From Pseudomonadota bacterium (GTDB lineage: Bacteria; Pseudomonadota; Gammaproteobacteria; Pseudomonadales; Balneatricaceae), in assembly GCA_034189745.1 (NCBI GenBank), contig JAXHUI010000003.1:15048-79047 (forward strand): DNA of 64,000 bases, written 5' to 3'. Positions 11,428-20,234 of this stretch are shown piece by piece. Made by a program: the position numbers and the translations under genes. The stretch's first letter is position 1. Every line of letters starts with the position of its first letter. Below the pieces are notes generated by a model. It had not been told where the DNA came from. It made no database searches and saw nothing but the letters and a program-made list of their open reading frames with translations.

Positions 11428-13053
11428 ATGAGCAGCACCCCATGCCTTTACGGCTCCGAAGCCTGGGCCGATTACCTGGCCGAGCGCACCCTGCCGATCC
11501 GAGTGAGTGTACTGACCCGGTTCAAACGGCTGCTGCAAAACGACAACACAACCCTGCGACAGCTCTCCCAACTGATCCGCTCCGACCCGGTACTCACCCT
11601 GCAGGTCACCCGCATCGCGCAGCGACGCCACGCGGCCAAGGGCTCGAGCGTTACCAGCATCGATCATGCCGTCAATTCCGTTGGTCTGGATCAACTCTCC
11701 GAGCTGGCGCAGGGGCTGCAGGGCCTCAGGGTCAGCCCGCGCAGCATGCAGCAAAAGATGTACTTTCGGGCCATCGCCGACAGCCAGCACGCCGCCAATC
11801 AGGCGGCCGAGCTGTGCCGGCAGCGCGGACTGCCGTTTGTTGAAGAGGTTCGCCTGGCGGCGCTGCTGTACGGCTTCGGCCACTGGCTGCTGTGGCTGCA
11901 CGCCCCCCTGCACAAGCATGAGTACCAGAAAAAAGTGCTGCTGGAAAAAGTGGATGTCGCCCTGGCCGAACAGGATATTTTTGGCTGCACGGTCCAGGCA
12001 CTCAGTGCCGAGCTGGCACAGCGCTGGGATCTACCGGCACTGACGCTGGCGGCACTGGACCACGACACCTCACCCACGCGCACCGAGCTGCGCTTGCTGC
12101 ATCGCCGGGCCTTGAATGATCCCAGACTGGGACAGGGGGAGCTGCGCAGGATAAACCAGCTGACACAGGAGCGGTTCTTCCCGGTCAAACTGGGCAACTG
12201 GCTGGCCCTGACCACCACCCATGGCTGGCGCAGCAAAAAAACCCTTCGCCTTTACGACATCGCCGCCGATTTTTTGAGCCGCCCCCGCGACCGGGTGGTT
12301 GCACAACTGCATCAGACCTGTGCCGACGCCTCGCGTCAGTATCATGTGCCCGGCACTCTGAGCCCTGCCGCCCAGCTGCTTTTCCTGCCCTCCGATGAGA
12401 TCCTGTCGGGGCTGATCGAAAGCCGGGAGCTGCAGCGGCTGCAACAGCGCTATCCGCTGCCGGAAAAACCCCTGCCCGAAACCCCCGAGCCCGCTCGCCC
12501 CTCCACCCCGGACCCGGCGCCGGTCCAATCGCCTCCGGTCAACGCCCATGCCCGGAAGGAGCTCTACACACAGATTCTGCAGCGGCTGCAACACGGCTAC
12601 CCGCTCCACACCAAACCGGCCCACATACTGCAGGCGTTGCTGCAGGGGCTCCACCAAGGGCTGGGACTCGCTCGCGTCGCCCTGCTGCTGCTCGACCCGA
12701 AAAAACATCGCTTGCACTGCGCTCGCACCCTGGGAATCAGCGCCACGGCGGCGATCAACCAGCTCACCATCGACAGCGAGATTCCCAGCCTGTTCAAGCG
12801 GTTGACCGAAAAGCCGGCTGGCATCTGGCTCGATGACGACAAACGCAACACGCTGCGGGCGATGCTACCGGAGGCCTTCATGGAAGCGGCACACAGCGGC
12901 GACTACCTGCTGATGTCCGTTTTCAACAAGGGAGAACCGCTGGCGATCATCTACGCCGATGACGGCGACGAGGTCCAGCGGCTATCGCCGTTCCAATATG
13001 AGCAGTTCCGTCAACTCTGCGCCGCGGCGACGCTGGCATTGAAACGGCTCTAA
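11428..13053 (+). CDS. HDOD-domain signalling protein with a GAF-like C-terminal region
   Basis: N-terminal HDOD text (LSQLIRSDPVLTLQV, SIDHAVNSVG, LAQRWDLP), Pro-rich linker, C-terminal domain (LALIYADD-type strand). Confidence 0.75.
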   Translation: MSSTPCLYGSEAWADYLAERTLPIRVSVLTRFKRLLQNDNTTLRQLSQLIRSDPVLTLQVTRIAQRRHAAKGSSVTSIDHAVNSVGLDQLSELAQGLQGLRVSPRSMQQKMYFRAIADSQHAANQAAELCRQRGLPFVEEVRLAALLYGFGHWLLWLHAPLHKHEYQKKVLLEKVDVALAEQDIFGCTVQALSAELAQRWDLPALTLAALDHDTSPTRTELRLLHRRALNDPRLGQGELRRINQLTQERFFPVKLGNWLALTTTHGWRSKKTLRLYDIAADFLSRPRDRVVAQLHQTCADASRQYHVPGTLSPAAQLLFLPSDEILSGLIESRELQRLQQRYPLPEKPLPETPEPARPSTPDPAPVQSPPVNAHARKELYTQILQRLQHGYPLHTKPAHILQALLQGLHQGLGLARVALLLLDPKKHRLHCARTLGISATAAINQLTIDSEIPSLFKRLTEKPAGIWLDDDKRNTLRAMLPEAFMEAAHSGDYLLMSVFNKGEPLAIIYADDGDEVQRLSPFQYEQFRQLCAAATLALKRL

Positions 13054-13186
13054 CCCGCCATCGGGCAGGGGGTCGCGTTCAAAAGAGGGTACGCCACCGA
13101 AACGGCCCCCGCCGGTGTTGTGAACCGCAACGGTTTGGCGCCTGAGCGCCCGCCAAAGCTCCGGGCGGCCGTGGAGCATTTCAAAG

Positions 13187-13813
13187 TCAAAGCGCCCCCG
13201 GCGCCGCTGGCTTGAGCCCACGCCAGCGCTCGACCACCGGCAGGTGTACCCCGAACTGATCCAGAACGCGCCCCACGATCTGGGTCACAACCGCGTCCAG
13301 ATCCTGCAAGCCAAGGTAGAAGGCGGGCGCCGGAGGAAAGATGATCCCCCCGGCCTCGGTCACGGCCACCATGTTGCGCAACTGGATGAGATTCAGCGGC
13401 GCCTCCCGCGTCACCAGCACCAGCCGCCTGCGCTCCTTGAGCGTGACATCCGCGGCCCGCGTCACCAGATTGTCGCTGCTGCCATGGGCGATCCCCGAGA
13501 GGGTTTTCATGGAGCAGGGGATCACCACCATCCCCTCGGTGCGAAACGACCCACTGGCGATGGCCGCGCCGATATCCTTGTGCCCATACACGCAGGTGGC
13601 CAGTTGCTGGAACCGATCACGCCCCACCTCCAGCTCCTGTTGCGCCGTGACCACCGCCGCCGGGGAGAGCACCAGATGGGTCTCCCACTCCGGCACCCCC
13701 TGCATCAGCTGCAGCAAACGCAACCCCAGCAGCGCGCCGGAGGCCCCGGTGACCGCCACCACCAGCCGCCGGCGAGGGGGCTGCTCAGATCCGGCGGCGA
13801 TCTCACTGCTCAC
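13187..13813 (-). CDS. ubiX: Flavin prenyltransferase UbiX (makes prFMN for UbiD)
   Basis: VAVTGASG, IASGSF, PCSMKTL, RAADVTLKERR, REAPL, PPAPAFY; GTG start overlaps the upstream stop. Confidence 0.94.
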   Translation of the reverse strand: MSSEIAAGSEQPPRRRLVVAVTGASGALLGLRLLQLMQGVPEWETHLVLSPAAVVTAQQELEVGRDRFQQLATCVYGHKDIGAAIASGSFRTEGMVVIPCSMKTLSGIAHGSSDNLVTRAADVTLKERRRLVLVTREAPLNLIQLRNMVAVTEAGGIIFPPAPAFYLGLQDLDAVVTQIVGRVLDQFGVHLPVVERWRGLKPAAPGAL

Positions 13814-15159
13814 GCCAGCGCCTCTTCGAGTCGCGAGCGCAACGCGACAAAGCCCGCGTCACTGTACTGCTGCAGCGCCACCGGTTGCAGGGCGGGACTG
13901 GCGCGGACCACACCGATCCCCTGCTGCGCCCAGTGGGTGATGAGGCGCCGGCCAAGCTCCAGCGCGGAATCGACCGCTCCCGGCTCGAACAGGATGAACG
14001 CCTCGGCCAGCAGAGAGCGCCACGCGGTGCCCTGCTCGATCACAATCTGGCAGCCGCTTCCCTGCGCGATCTGGTGGGTGCCGCGCACGAACGCCCGTGC
14101 GCTGTCGCCTTCGATCGGCATGGCGAAACAGAGCCGCAACATCCGCCCCCTGGCGCCATCGAGAAAGGCTCGATACCGCGGCGCCGGCCGCCCCGACATC
14201 AGGGCGGTGCGCTCCGCCTCGGGCGCGAGCGGCTGCATGGTGATGCCGCCGAGCTGGCCGGCAAGCCCCTCGAGCATGGTCCACACCGCGTCGACATTTT
14301 TCTCCAGTCCATAAAGCGCGCCGTATATATTCCAGCCACCGGGGTCGCCCTCCCCGGTAAGCCGCCGCTCACTGCGCTCATCCACAGCCACGAGGGTATT
14401 GGGCACCACCATGTTGATCCGCAGGGAGCGCACCGCCTCCATCGCCGCCACGAATCGATCGTCGTCATCGACGCGCCAGACGAACGGTCGGTAAGCGGGC
14501 GGTTGCGGTGATACCCAAAAGCCCATTTTGGTGGTCACCGCATAGGCGCTCTGGGTGAAGATGCCATCGGCGTAGGGGCCAAAGCCGTATTTGAACAGCT
14601 GCCAGCTGTTCTCACCGGGCATCGCCCCCATGCCGGTGCGCACCAGGCTGCCGTCGGTCTGCATCACCTCCATTCCGCACTGCATCATCATGCGATCGCC
14701 ATAGGCGGTGTAGCCGAAGCTGCGCTCCCAGATGCTGCCGGTGATGGAGGCGTCGGCGTCGGCACCGGCATCGAGCCACAACGCCAAGCCGTTTTCCTTC
14801 AGGTGGGCCGCCAGTTGCGCGTAGCTGACGCCGGGCTCCACCAGCGCGTAGCCGGAGGCGGCGTCCACCTCGACGATCCGGTTCAGACGCGACAGCTCCA
14901 GCAATACCGGAGCGGCGCCGCCGGCCGGAGGCACCACGAGGGCGTTACCCGCCTGGTTCCAGGCGATCCAAAGTGAAACGCCGGACGCTTTGGCCGCCGG
15001 CAAAACCAACGCCAGCTCCTCCACGGAGGCCGGCCGCACCCGCTGCTCGGGATGGCGCCCCTCGACGCCGACGCCCTGGTGCAGGATGGAGCGATCCGTT
15101 ATCGCTTCCAGCGCCAGCCCCGCCGCTTCCAGCCGCTTGGCAAAGTTTTCTACTGCCAT
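13810..15159 (-). CDS. Degenerate VAO/PCMH-family flavoprotein paralogue (probable pseudoenzyme subunit)
   Basis: Keeps VEPGVSY, GYTAYGD, RTGMGAMPG..WQLFKYGFGPYADGIFTQS; lacks STGKN-YGG, the covalent-FAD residue, GEYR Tyr and the C-terminal DPxGILxPGK motif. Confidence 0.8.
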   Translation of the reverse strand: MAVENFAKRLEAAGLALEAITDRSILHQGVGVEGRHPEQRVRPASVEELALVLPAAKASGVSLWIAWNQAGNALVVPPAGGAAPVLLELSRLNRIVEVDAASGYALVEPGVSYAQLAAHLKENGLALWLDAGADADASITGSIWERSFGYTAYGDRMMMQCGMEVMQTDGSLVRTGMGAMPGENSWQLFKYGFGPYADGIFTQSAYAVTTKMGFWVSPQPPAYRPFVWRVDDDDRFVAAMEAVRSLRINMVVPNTLVAVDERSERRLTGEGDPGGWNIYGALYGLEKNVDAVWTMLEGLAGQLGGITMQPLAPEAERTALMSGRPAPRYRAFLDGARGRMLRLCFAMPIEGDSARAFVRGTHQIAQGSGCQIVIEQGTAWRSLLAEAFILFEPGAVDSALELGRRLITHWAQQGIGVVRASPALQPVALQQYSDAGFVALRSRLEEALA

Positions 15160-15401
15160 TATTTTCTCCCCCGAGATTGTTGTGGTTCGAACAGTTGACG
15201 CAACCGATCCAGATCAACGCCGGTTAGCTGCGCCCAGCGGGGCCGCTGGCTCGGATCGATGACCGCGGGGGGCTCACTGTCACGCCAGGTAAACGCACAA
15301 TGACCACAGTGCCAAACCTCCCACACCTTTTTACCCTGCTCATGACCCGAATGGACCCGGGTGGCGCTGCGCGTTTCACAGCGCGGACAGATCTCACTCA
15401 T
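15159..15401 (-). CDS. Non-oxidative hydroxyarylate decarboxylase subunit D (VdcD/BsdD-like)
   Basis: CPRC...VWEVWHCGHCAFTWRDSEP pattern; directly downstream of the UbiD gene. Confidence 0.85.
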   Translation of the reverse strand: MSEICPRCETRSATRVHSGHEQGKKVWEVWHCGHCAFTWRDSEPPAVIDPSQRPRWAQLTGVDLDRLRQLFEPQQSRGRK

Positions 15402-16884
15402 CTTCTCCTCCTTGCACCTGCATCGATTTCAGCCGCTGCAGCAGGGCGTCGATCTCTGCGCCCGCCGGTCGGCTCACCAGGTGTGGATCGGCACCGAGAT
15501 TATCCGGGGCCATGAAACTGGTTGCATCGATGATCAGCCGATGCCCTTTTCCGGGCACCTCCGCGGCCGGATCGATCGGCACCATCGCCATATTGGGCAA
15601 CACCATGATGTCATTCGCCCGGGTGCGGGTGGACAACGCCCAGATCACCTCCTCCAGGTTGAAGGGGTCGACAAACTCATCCACCAGAATGATGTTTTTC
15701 AGATACATGACGCCGTGGGGGGTACCCAACGCCCGCATCGCCACCGACTTGGCAAAACCCGCCACCCGGTTGCGCACCGAGATGATGGCGGTCAAACCAT
15801 GCTGGTACATGGCGTTGACCGCCTGTACCTCGGGAAAATCCTTTTTCAGGGCCGAGTAGATCGGCACCGAGGTGGGAAGCCCGATCAGGGTGTCGTGCTC
15901 CGTCCATCCTCGACCGATGTAGATATTTTCAAAGATCGGATCGTGGCGGTGGCTCACCGAGGTGACCTTGAACAGGGGTACCTTGCGCACCCCACTGTAA
16001 CTGCCGGGGAACTCGCCAAAGGGCCCTTCGGTCTCGCGCTCGTTGAGCACCATCTCGGTCTCGATCACCATCTCGCTGTCGGCCAAAATCTCTGTCCCAT
16101 TGAGCGCCTGGGTCAGGCGCAGACGCGAACCAAACACCTGTGAGGCATAGGCGAATTCCGATTCGTCGTAGCCCACCGGGGTGCCGCCAAACAGGGTCAT
16201 CGCCGGATGGTTGCCGATCATGATCGAGGCCCGCAACGGCTTGCCGTGGGCTTCGGCGGCCATCATCTGGCGACCGGCGTCATGGGAGGGGATGGAGAGA
16301 ATGGTCAGCGTGTCCGGCCCCATCACTTGGATGCGGTAGATGCCGACATTTTGTTTGTCGAAATTATCCGGCTCCAACGGGTCGCGGGTCACGACGCACG
16401 CCTTGGCGATGTAGAACCCCCCATCCATCTCGTTGATGCGATACAGGGGCAGGAGCTCGTACAGATTGATCTCCCGATCGATATGGTTCGCGCAGATGGG
16501 CGCCTGCTCACGCGGTATCCGCTCGAGCAGGGGTTTATCCGACCCCCATCGGCTCACCATCTCAAAAAACATCTCCCGCACGCTGGCGCTTTTGGGCAGA
16601 CCCAGCAACAGTGCCAGGTTGGCGAAGCTGCCCAGCACATTGGTGGCGATGCGGTGGCCGGGGTAACCCTGCACGTTGTCGAGCAACACAGCCGGCCCGC
16701 TGGCGACATCGTTCCCGGCCGCAACCGAAACGTTACGGATGTCGGGCTCGGGTCTCACCGGGTCATGCCACACCACCATCTGGTTACGCCGCGCCAGCAG
16801 GTCGAGAAAATCCCGCAGGCACCCGAGACCCGCGGCGGTAGCCTTTGCCGAGGCTGAGAGCCCCGTGTTCTTTTCACTGTCCAT
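15394..16884 (-). CDS. UbiD-family prFMN-dependent decarboxylase (VdcC/BsdC-like subunit C)
   Basis: DGGFY, KQNVGIYRIQ, EGPFGEF, FPEVQAVNAMYQHG, VDPFNLEEVIWAL, IIDAT. Confidence 0.9.
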   Translation of the reverse strand: MDSEKNTGLSASAKATAAGLGCLRDFLDLLARRNQMVVWHDPVRPEPDIRNVSVAAGNDVASGPAVLLDNVQGYPGHRIATNVLGSFANLALLLGLPKSASVREMFFEMVSRWGSDKPLLERIPREQAPICANHIDREINLYELLPLYRINEMDGGFYIAKACVVTRDPLEPDNFDKQNVGIYRIQVMGPDTLTILSIPSHDAGRQMMAAEAHGKPLRASIMIGNHPAMTLFGGTPVGYDESEFAYASQVFGSRLRLTQALNGTEILADSEMVIETEMVLNERETEGPFGEFPGSYSGVRKVPLFKVTSVSHRHDPIFENIYIGRGWTEHDTLIGLPTSVPIYSALKKDFPEVQAVNAMYQHGLTAIISVRNRVAGFAKSVAMRALGTPHGVMYLKNIILVDEFVDPFNLEEVIWALSTRTRANDIMVLPNMAMVPIDPAAEVPGKGHRLIIDATSFMAPDNLGADPHLVSRPAGAEIDALLQRLKSMQVQGGEDE

Positions 16885-18313
16885 GGGCACCCCCCTGGAT
16901 CGTGATCCACTTCCATTCGGTGCAGTGGTCGATGTCGGTCACCGTGCCCTCGCGGCCCATGCCGGAATCACCGACGCCACCAAAGGGCACGTGGGGCTCG
17001 TCGTACAGCGTGGGGGCGTTTACATGCACCATCCCCGCCCGGAGCCGACGCGAAGCCTGCATCGCCCAGTCGAGGTTGCGGGTATACACCGCCGCCGAAA
17101 GACCATAAGAGGTATCGTTGGCCAACTGCAGGGCCTGTTCGAGATCATCTACCGGATACACCGCCGTCACCGGGCCGAAGGTCTCCTCCCGGTAGCAGGT
17201 CATGCTCTCGCTCACCCCCGTGAGGATGGTGGGGTGGCAGCGGTTGCCGCTCCAATCCCCCCCGGTCAGAACCTGTGCGCCTTTGGCCCGGGCGTCGGCG
17301 ATATGCTCCCGTATCCGCTGCCGTTGACGTTCGGAGATAATCGGACCGATCACGGTGGCGGGGTCACTCAGCGGGCCCAGATTCAAAGACTCGGCCGCGG
17401 CGGTAAAGCGCTCGAGGAAAGCAGCATACAGGGGACGCGCTACCAGAATGCGACTGGCGGCCATGCAGGCCTGCCCCTGATAGAGAAACATGCTTTTCAC
17501 GGCATCCGCCACCGCCAGCTCCAGATCCGCATCCTCCAGGATCAACAGGGGGTTTTTCCCGCCGAGTTCCAACAACGAACGCTTGAAGTGGCGACCGCAC
17601 AGCTCGGAGAGGTGGCGCCCCACCCGGGTGGAGCCGGTGAAGTTCACGGCCCGAACCGCCGGCGCCTCGACCAGACGGTCACCGATCTCATGGCCGATTC
17701 CCGTCAGCAGATTGAAGGCACCGGCCGGAAAGCCGGCGTGGTGAAACAGCTCCGCCACCCTGACGGCCAGCACCGGCGCCTCCTCCGAGGCCAGCATGAC
17801 CACCGTATTGCCGGTCGCCAGCGGACCGGTACACTGCTTCATCGCCTTGATCAGAGGGACATTGAAGGGGGTGATACAGGCAACGACCCCCAACGGCTCA
17901 CGGATGCTGAGCCCCACCCGCCCCGGCGCGTCCGAGGGGAGGGTCTGGCCACAAACGCGCCGGGGGATACCCGCGGCGGCGCGCAGGTGGCCGATGGCGT
18001 ACTGGATCTCGAACCGAGCCTTCATCACCGGGGAACCGATCTCCTCGATCAGCACCTCTTCAAAGGCCTCGGCCCGCTCTTCCAGTAGCTGCGCGGCCCG
18101 CATCAGCCACGCCTCCCGTTCCCGGGCGAGGGTCTGGCGATAGGTTTGGAAGGCGGCATCGGCCGCCGCCACCGCCGCATCGACATCGGCAGGGCCGGCC
18201 TTGGCCACCACCGCAAACGCCTGATCATCTTCCGGTCGAAGGTCGACGAACGTGCTTTTATTGGCAGCGCTCACCCATTGACCGTCGATCCACAATTGGG
18301 TCTGTAGCATCAT
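16874..18313 (-). CDS. Aromatic aldehyde dehydrogenase (PchA/Vdh-like)
   Basis: ITPFNVP, FTGSTRVG, LELGGKNP, QGQACMAASR (catalytic Cys), EETFGP. Confidence 0.9.
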   Translation of the reverse strand: MMLQTQLWIDGQWVSAANKSTFVDLRPEDDQAFAVVAKAGPADVDAAVAAADAAFQTYRQTLAREREAWLMRAAQLLEERAEAFEEVLIEEIGSPVMKARFEIQYAIGHLRAAAGIPRRVCGQTLPSDAPGRVGLSIREPLGVVACITPFNVPLIKAMKQCTGPLATGNTVVMLASEEAPVLAVRVAELFHHAGFPAGAFNLLTGIGHEIGDRLVEAPAVRAVNFTGSTRVGRHLSELCGRHFKRSLLELGGKNPLLILEDADLELAVADAVKSMFLYQGQACMAASRILVARPLYAAFLERFTAAAESLNLGPLSDPATVIGPIISERQRQRIREHIADARAKGAQVLTGGDWSGNRCHPTILTGVSESMTCYREETFGPVTAVYPVDDLEQALQLANDTSYGLSAAVYTRNLDWAMQASRRLRAGMVHVNAPTLYDEPHVPFGGVGDSGMGREGTVTDIDHCTEWKWITIQGGAHGQ

Positions 18314-18663
18314 TTTTCTTTGTCCTCTATCTTGTTTTTTTGCGCGGCGGAAGTGGAGAGGTAGCGCGCCAGCGCATCCAACTCGCGGGCACTGATCTCA
18401 GAGGGTCTAAAGGGGGGCATCATATTGAGCCCGTGGCGGACAATCCGGCGCACATAATCCGGCTCCAGCGGCTCTCGATCCAGCAACGATGGCTGTTGCG
18501 GCCAGCGATCAGCGAGTCGCGCCGTACCCGGATACTCCATGCCGCGATCATGGCAGACGGTACAATATTGTTCGAACAGCGCCCGGCCATCGGGCTCGGC
18601 GAGCAGTGTGGATGAAAGAGTGCCCAAACCAAGCCCCACGGCCAGCGATAGCAATGTTTTCAT
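18310..18663 (-). CDS. Monoheme cytochrome c subunit (PchC-like)
   Basis: Sec-type signal, CTVCH, PGT, VRHGLNMMPPF (axial Met). Confidence 0.88.
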   Translation of the reverse strand: MKTLLSLAVGLGLGTLSSTLLAEPDGRALFEQYCTVCHDRGMEYPGTARLADRWPQQPSLLDREPLEPDYVRRIVRHGLNMMPPFRPSEISARELDALARYLSTSAAQKNKIEDKEK

Positions 18664-20234
18664 CAGACTCCCTCCTTCCGCAGCCGTTGGGGCCAGATCC
18701 CCATCTTGCCAGGCCCCAGTATGCCGCTTGGATCGAGGGCATCCTTCAACCGCTCCCGCTGTCGCTGTTGGGCGGCGTCATTCCAGTTATAGGTGCCCGC
18801 TATTTTGTCCATGAAATCGAGGTGGGTGCGATATTCACCATACCCTTCGGCCGCGGCGGCATCGATCAGCTCGCCAAACAGCTGGTTCGCCCGACGCTTT
18901 TCCGCCTCATCCTGCAGATCATAAACAAGGGCAAAAATGTGGTGCATGTCACGCCAACCAACCAGCATCTCGCCGATGTAATCGAACCCGGCCCGGTTGA
19001 CACGATCCCGGATCAGACTGTACTGGCGCATCGCATCCTCGCCGGTGACGGGGGAGATGGGAGAGAAGTCCATGTGTCCGCCGTTGGGGATCCAGTTCAT
19101 CTGGTTGTACTCGGTCATATTGGGGATGCCGCGCATGAGCTGCCTGCGGTACTCCCAGCCGATATCCCCCTTGCGATCGTCGTCGAAGTAGATTTTCGCC
19201 CCCGGGATCGACGTGAGCGAGTCACGGATGATCTCGAGGTTGTTTTCCATGATCGGCGCCGGGCCATAGACAGCCCCATAAAAATTCCACACCCCGATCT
19301 GCAGATCGGCACGCAGTTTCTTTCTCGCCGACTCCGGCAAGGGCCCCTTGCCGGTGTGGTAGTGACGGCGCTGCTTTTGCACGGCCGCCTCCCAGAGCAT
19401 CTCCACGGTGGTGGCGGCGTTGGGAATGATGTTGTTGAGCTTGAGCGGACGAACCCGCTCGGTGACCTCGTACAGATCCTCCTCGCGCTCGTAAGTGATC
19501 ATGAAGGGGGTGTAGCCCGGCGGCTCCGGCATCAGCCAGATGCCGATCCGGGTCACCACGCCAAAATTGGACTGGGTAAAAAGCCCGTCGGCCCATGGCC
19601 CCAACCCGTATTTGTAGAGGTGTGTGGTGCGGCTGCCGGGCAGGGCACCCATGGCGGTGTGGGCGATCGTGCCGTCAGCGAGCACCACCTCCATGCCGCA
19701 CTGCATCAGCAGGTGATCACCATACGGGGTGTAACCGGCTCCATGGTCCACCAGATTGCCCAACATGCCGCCCCAGCCCGGCGCGGCGGGGTCGATCCAC
19801 AGTTTGGAGCCGATGCTTTGCAGATGCCGATACATATCCATGTAGCTCACGCCGGGCTCCACCACGGCGTAGGCGTGTTTTTCATTTACCTCGAGGATCC
19901 GATTCATCCGTTTGAGGTCCAGCACCACCGCACCGGCCAGCCGGGGGGCAGGGCCGCCATAGGCGAAATTTTTACCCGTGGAGATCGGCCACAGCGGGAT
20001 GCCGTATCGTCCTGCGGCGCGAACAACGGCCTGCACCTGGGCCACGTTCGCCGGGGCGACGGCGGCGGAGGGCTGATGCAGCGCCTTGGGCAGGGTGGCA
20101 TATTCGTCATTGTAGGCGGGCAATTCCCATTCGAGATCGAGGTAGACGTAATCCCGACCCACCGCTTTTTGCGCCTCGGCCACAAACCCACGGAAAGCCT
20201 CACCGTTCACCTGCGGCGGAAGTATTCTCTCCAT
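18663..20234 (-). CDS. 4-alkylphenol/vanillyl alcohol dehydrogenase flavoprotein (VAO/PCMH family)
   Basis: STGKNFAYGG, VEPGVSY, GYTPYGDH, NWIPNGGHMDFSP, GEYRTH, DPSGILGPGKMGIWP. Confidence 0.9.
   Translation of the reverse strand: MERILPPQVNGEAFRGFVAEAQKAVGRDYVYLDLEWELPAYNDEYATLPKALHQPSAAVAPANVAQVQAVVRAAGRYGIPLWPISTGKNFAYGGPAPRLAGAVVLDLKRMNRILEVNEKHAYAVVEPGVSYMDMYRHLQSIGSKLWIDPAAPGWGGMLGNLVDHGAGYTPYGDHLLMQCGMEVVLADGTIAHTAMGALPGSRTTHLYKYGLGPWADGLFTQSNFGVVTRIGIWLMPEPPGYTPFMITYEREEDLYEVTERVRPLKLNNIIPNAATTVEMLWEAAVQKQRRHYHTGKGPLPESARKKLRADLQIGVWNFYGAVYGPAPIMENNLEIIRDSLTSIPGAKIYFDDDRKGDIGWEYRRQLMRGIPNMTEYNQMNWIPNGGHMDFSPISPVTGEDAMRQYSLIRDRVNRAGFDYIGEMLVGWRDMHHIFALVYDLQDEAEKRRANQLFGELIDAAAAEGYGEYRTHLDFMDKIAGTYNWNDAAQQRQRERLKDALDPSGILGPGKMGIWPQRLRKEGV

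Noticed and set aside
13054-13186. Attachment site or IS end at the left edge of the aromatic operon
   Set aside because: Only short GC-rich imperfect hairpins, with no sequence shared with the right edge (20816-20952).
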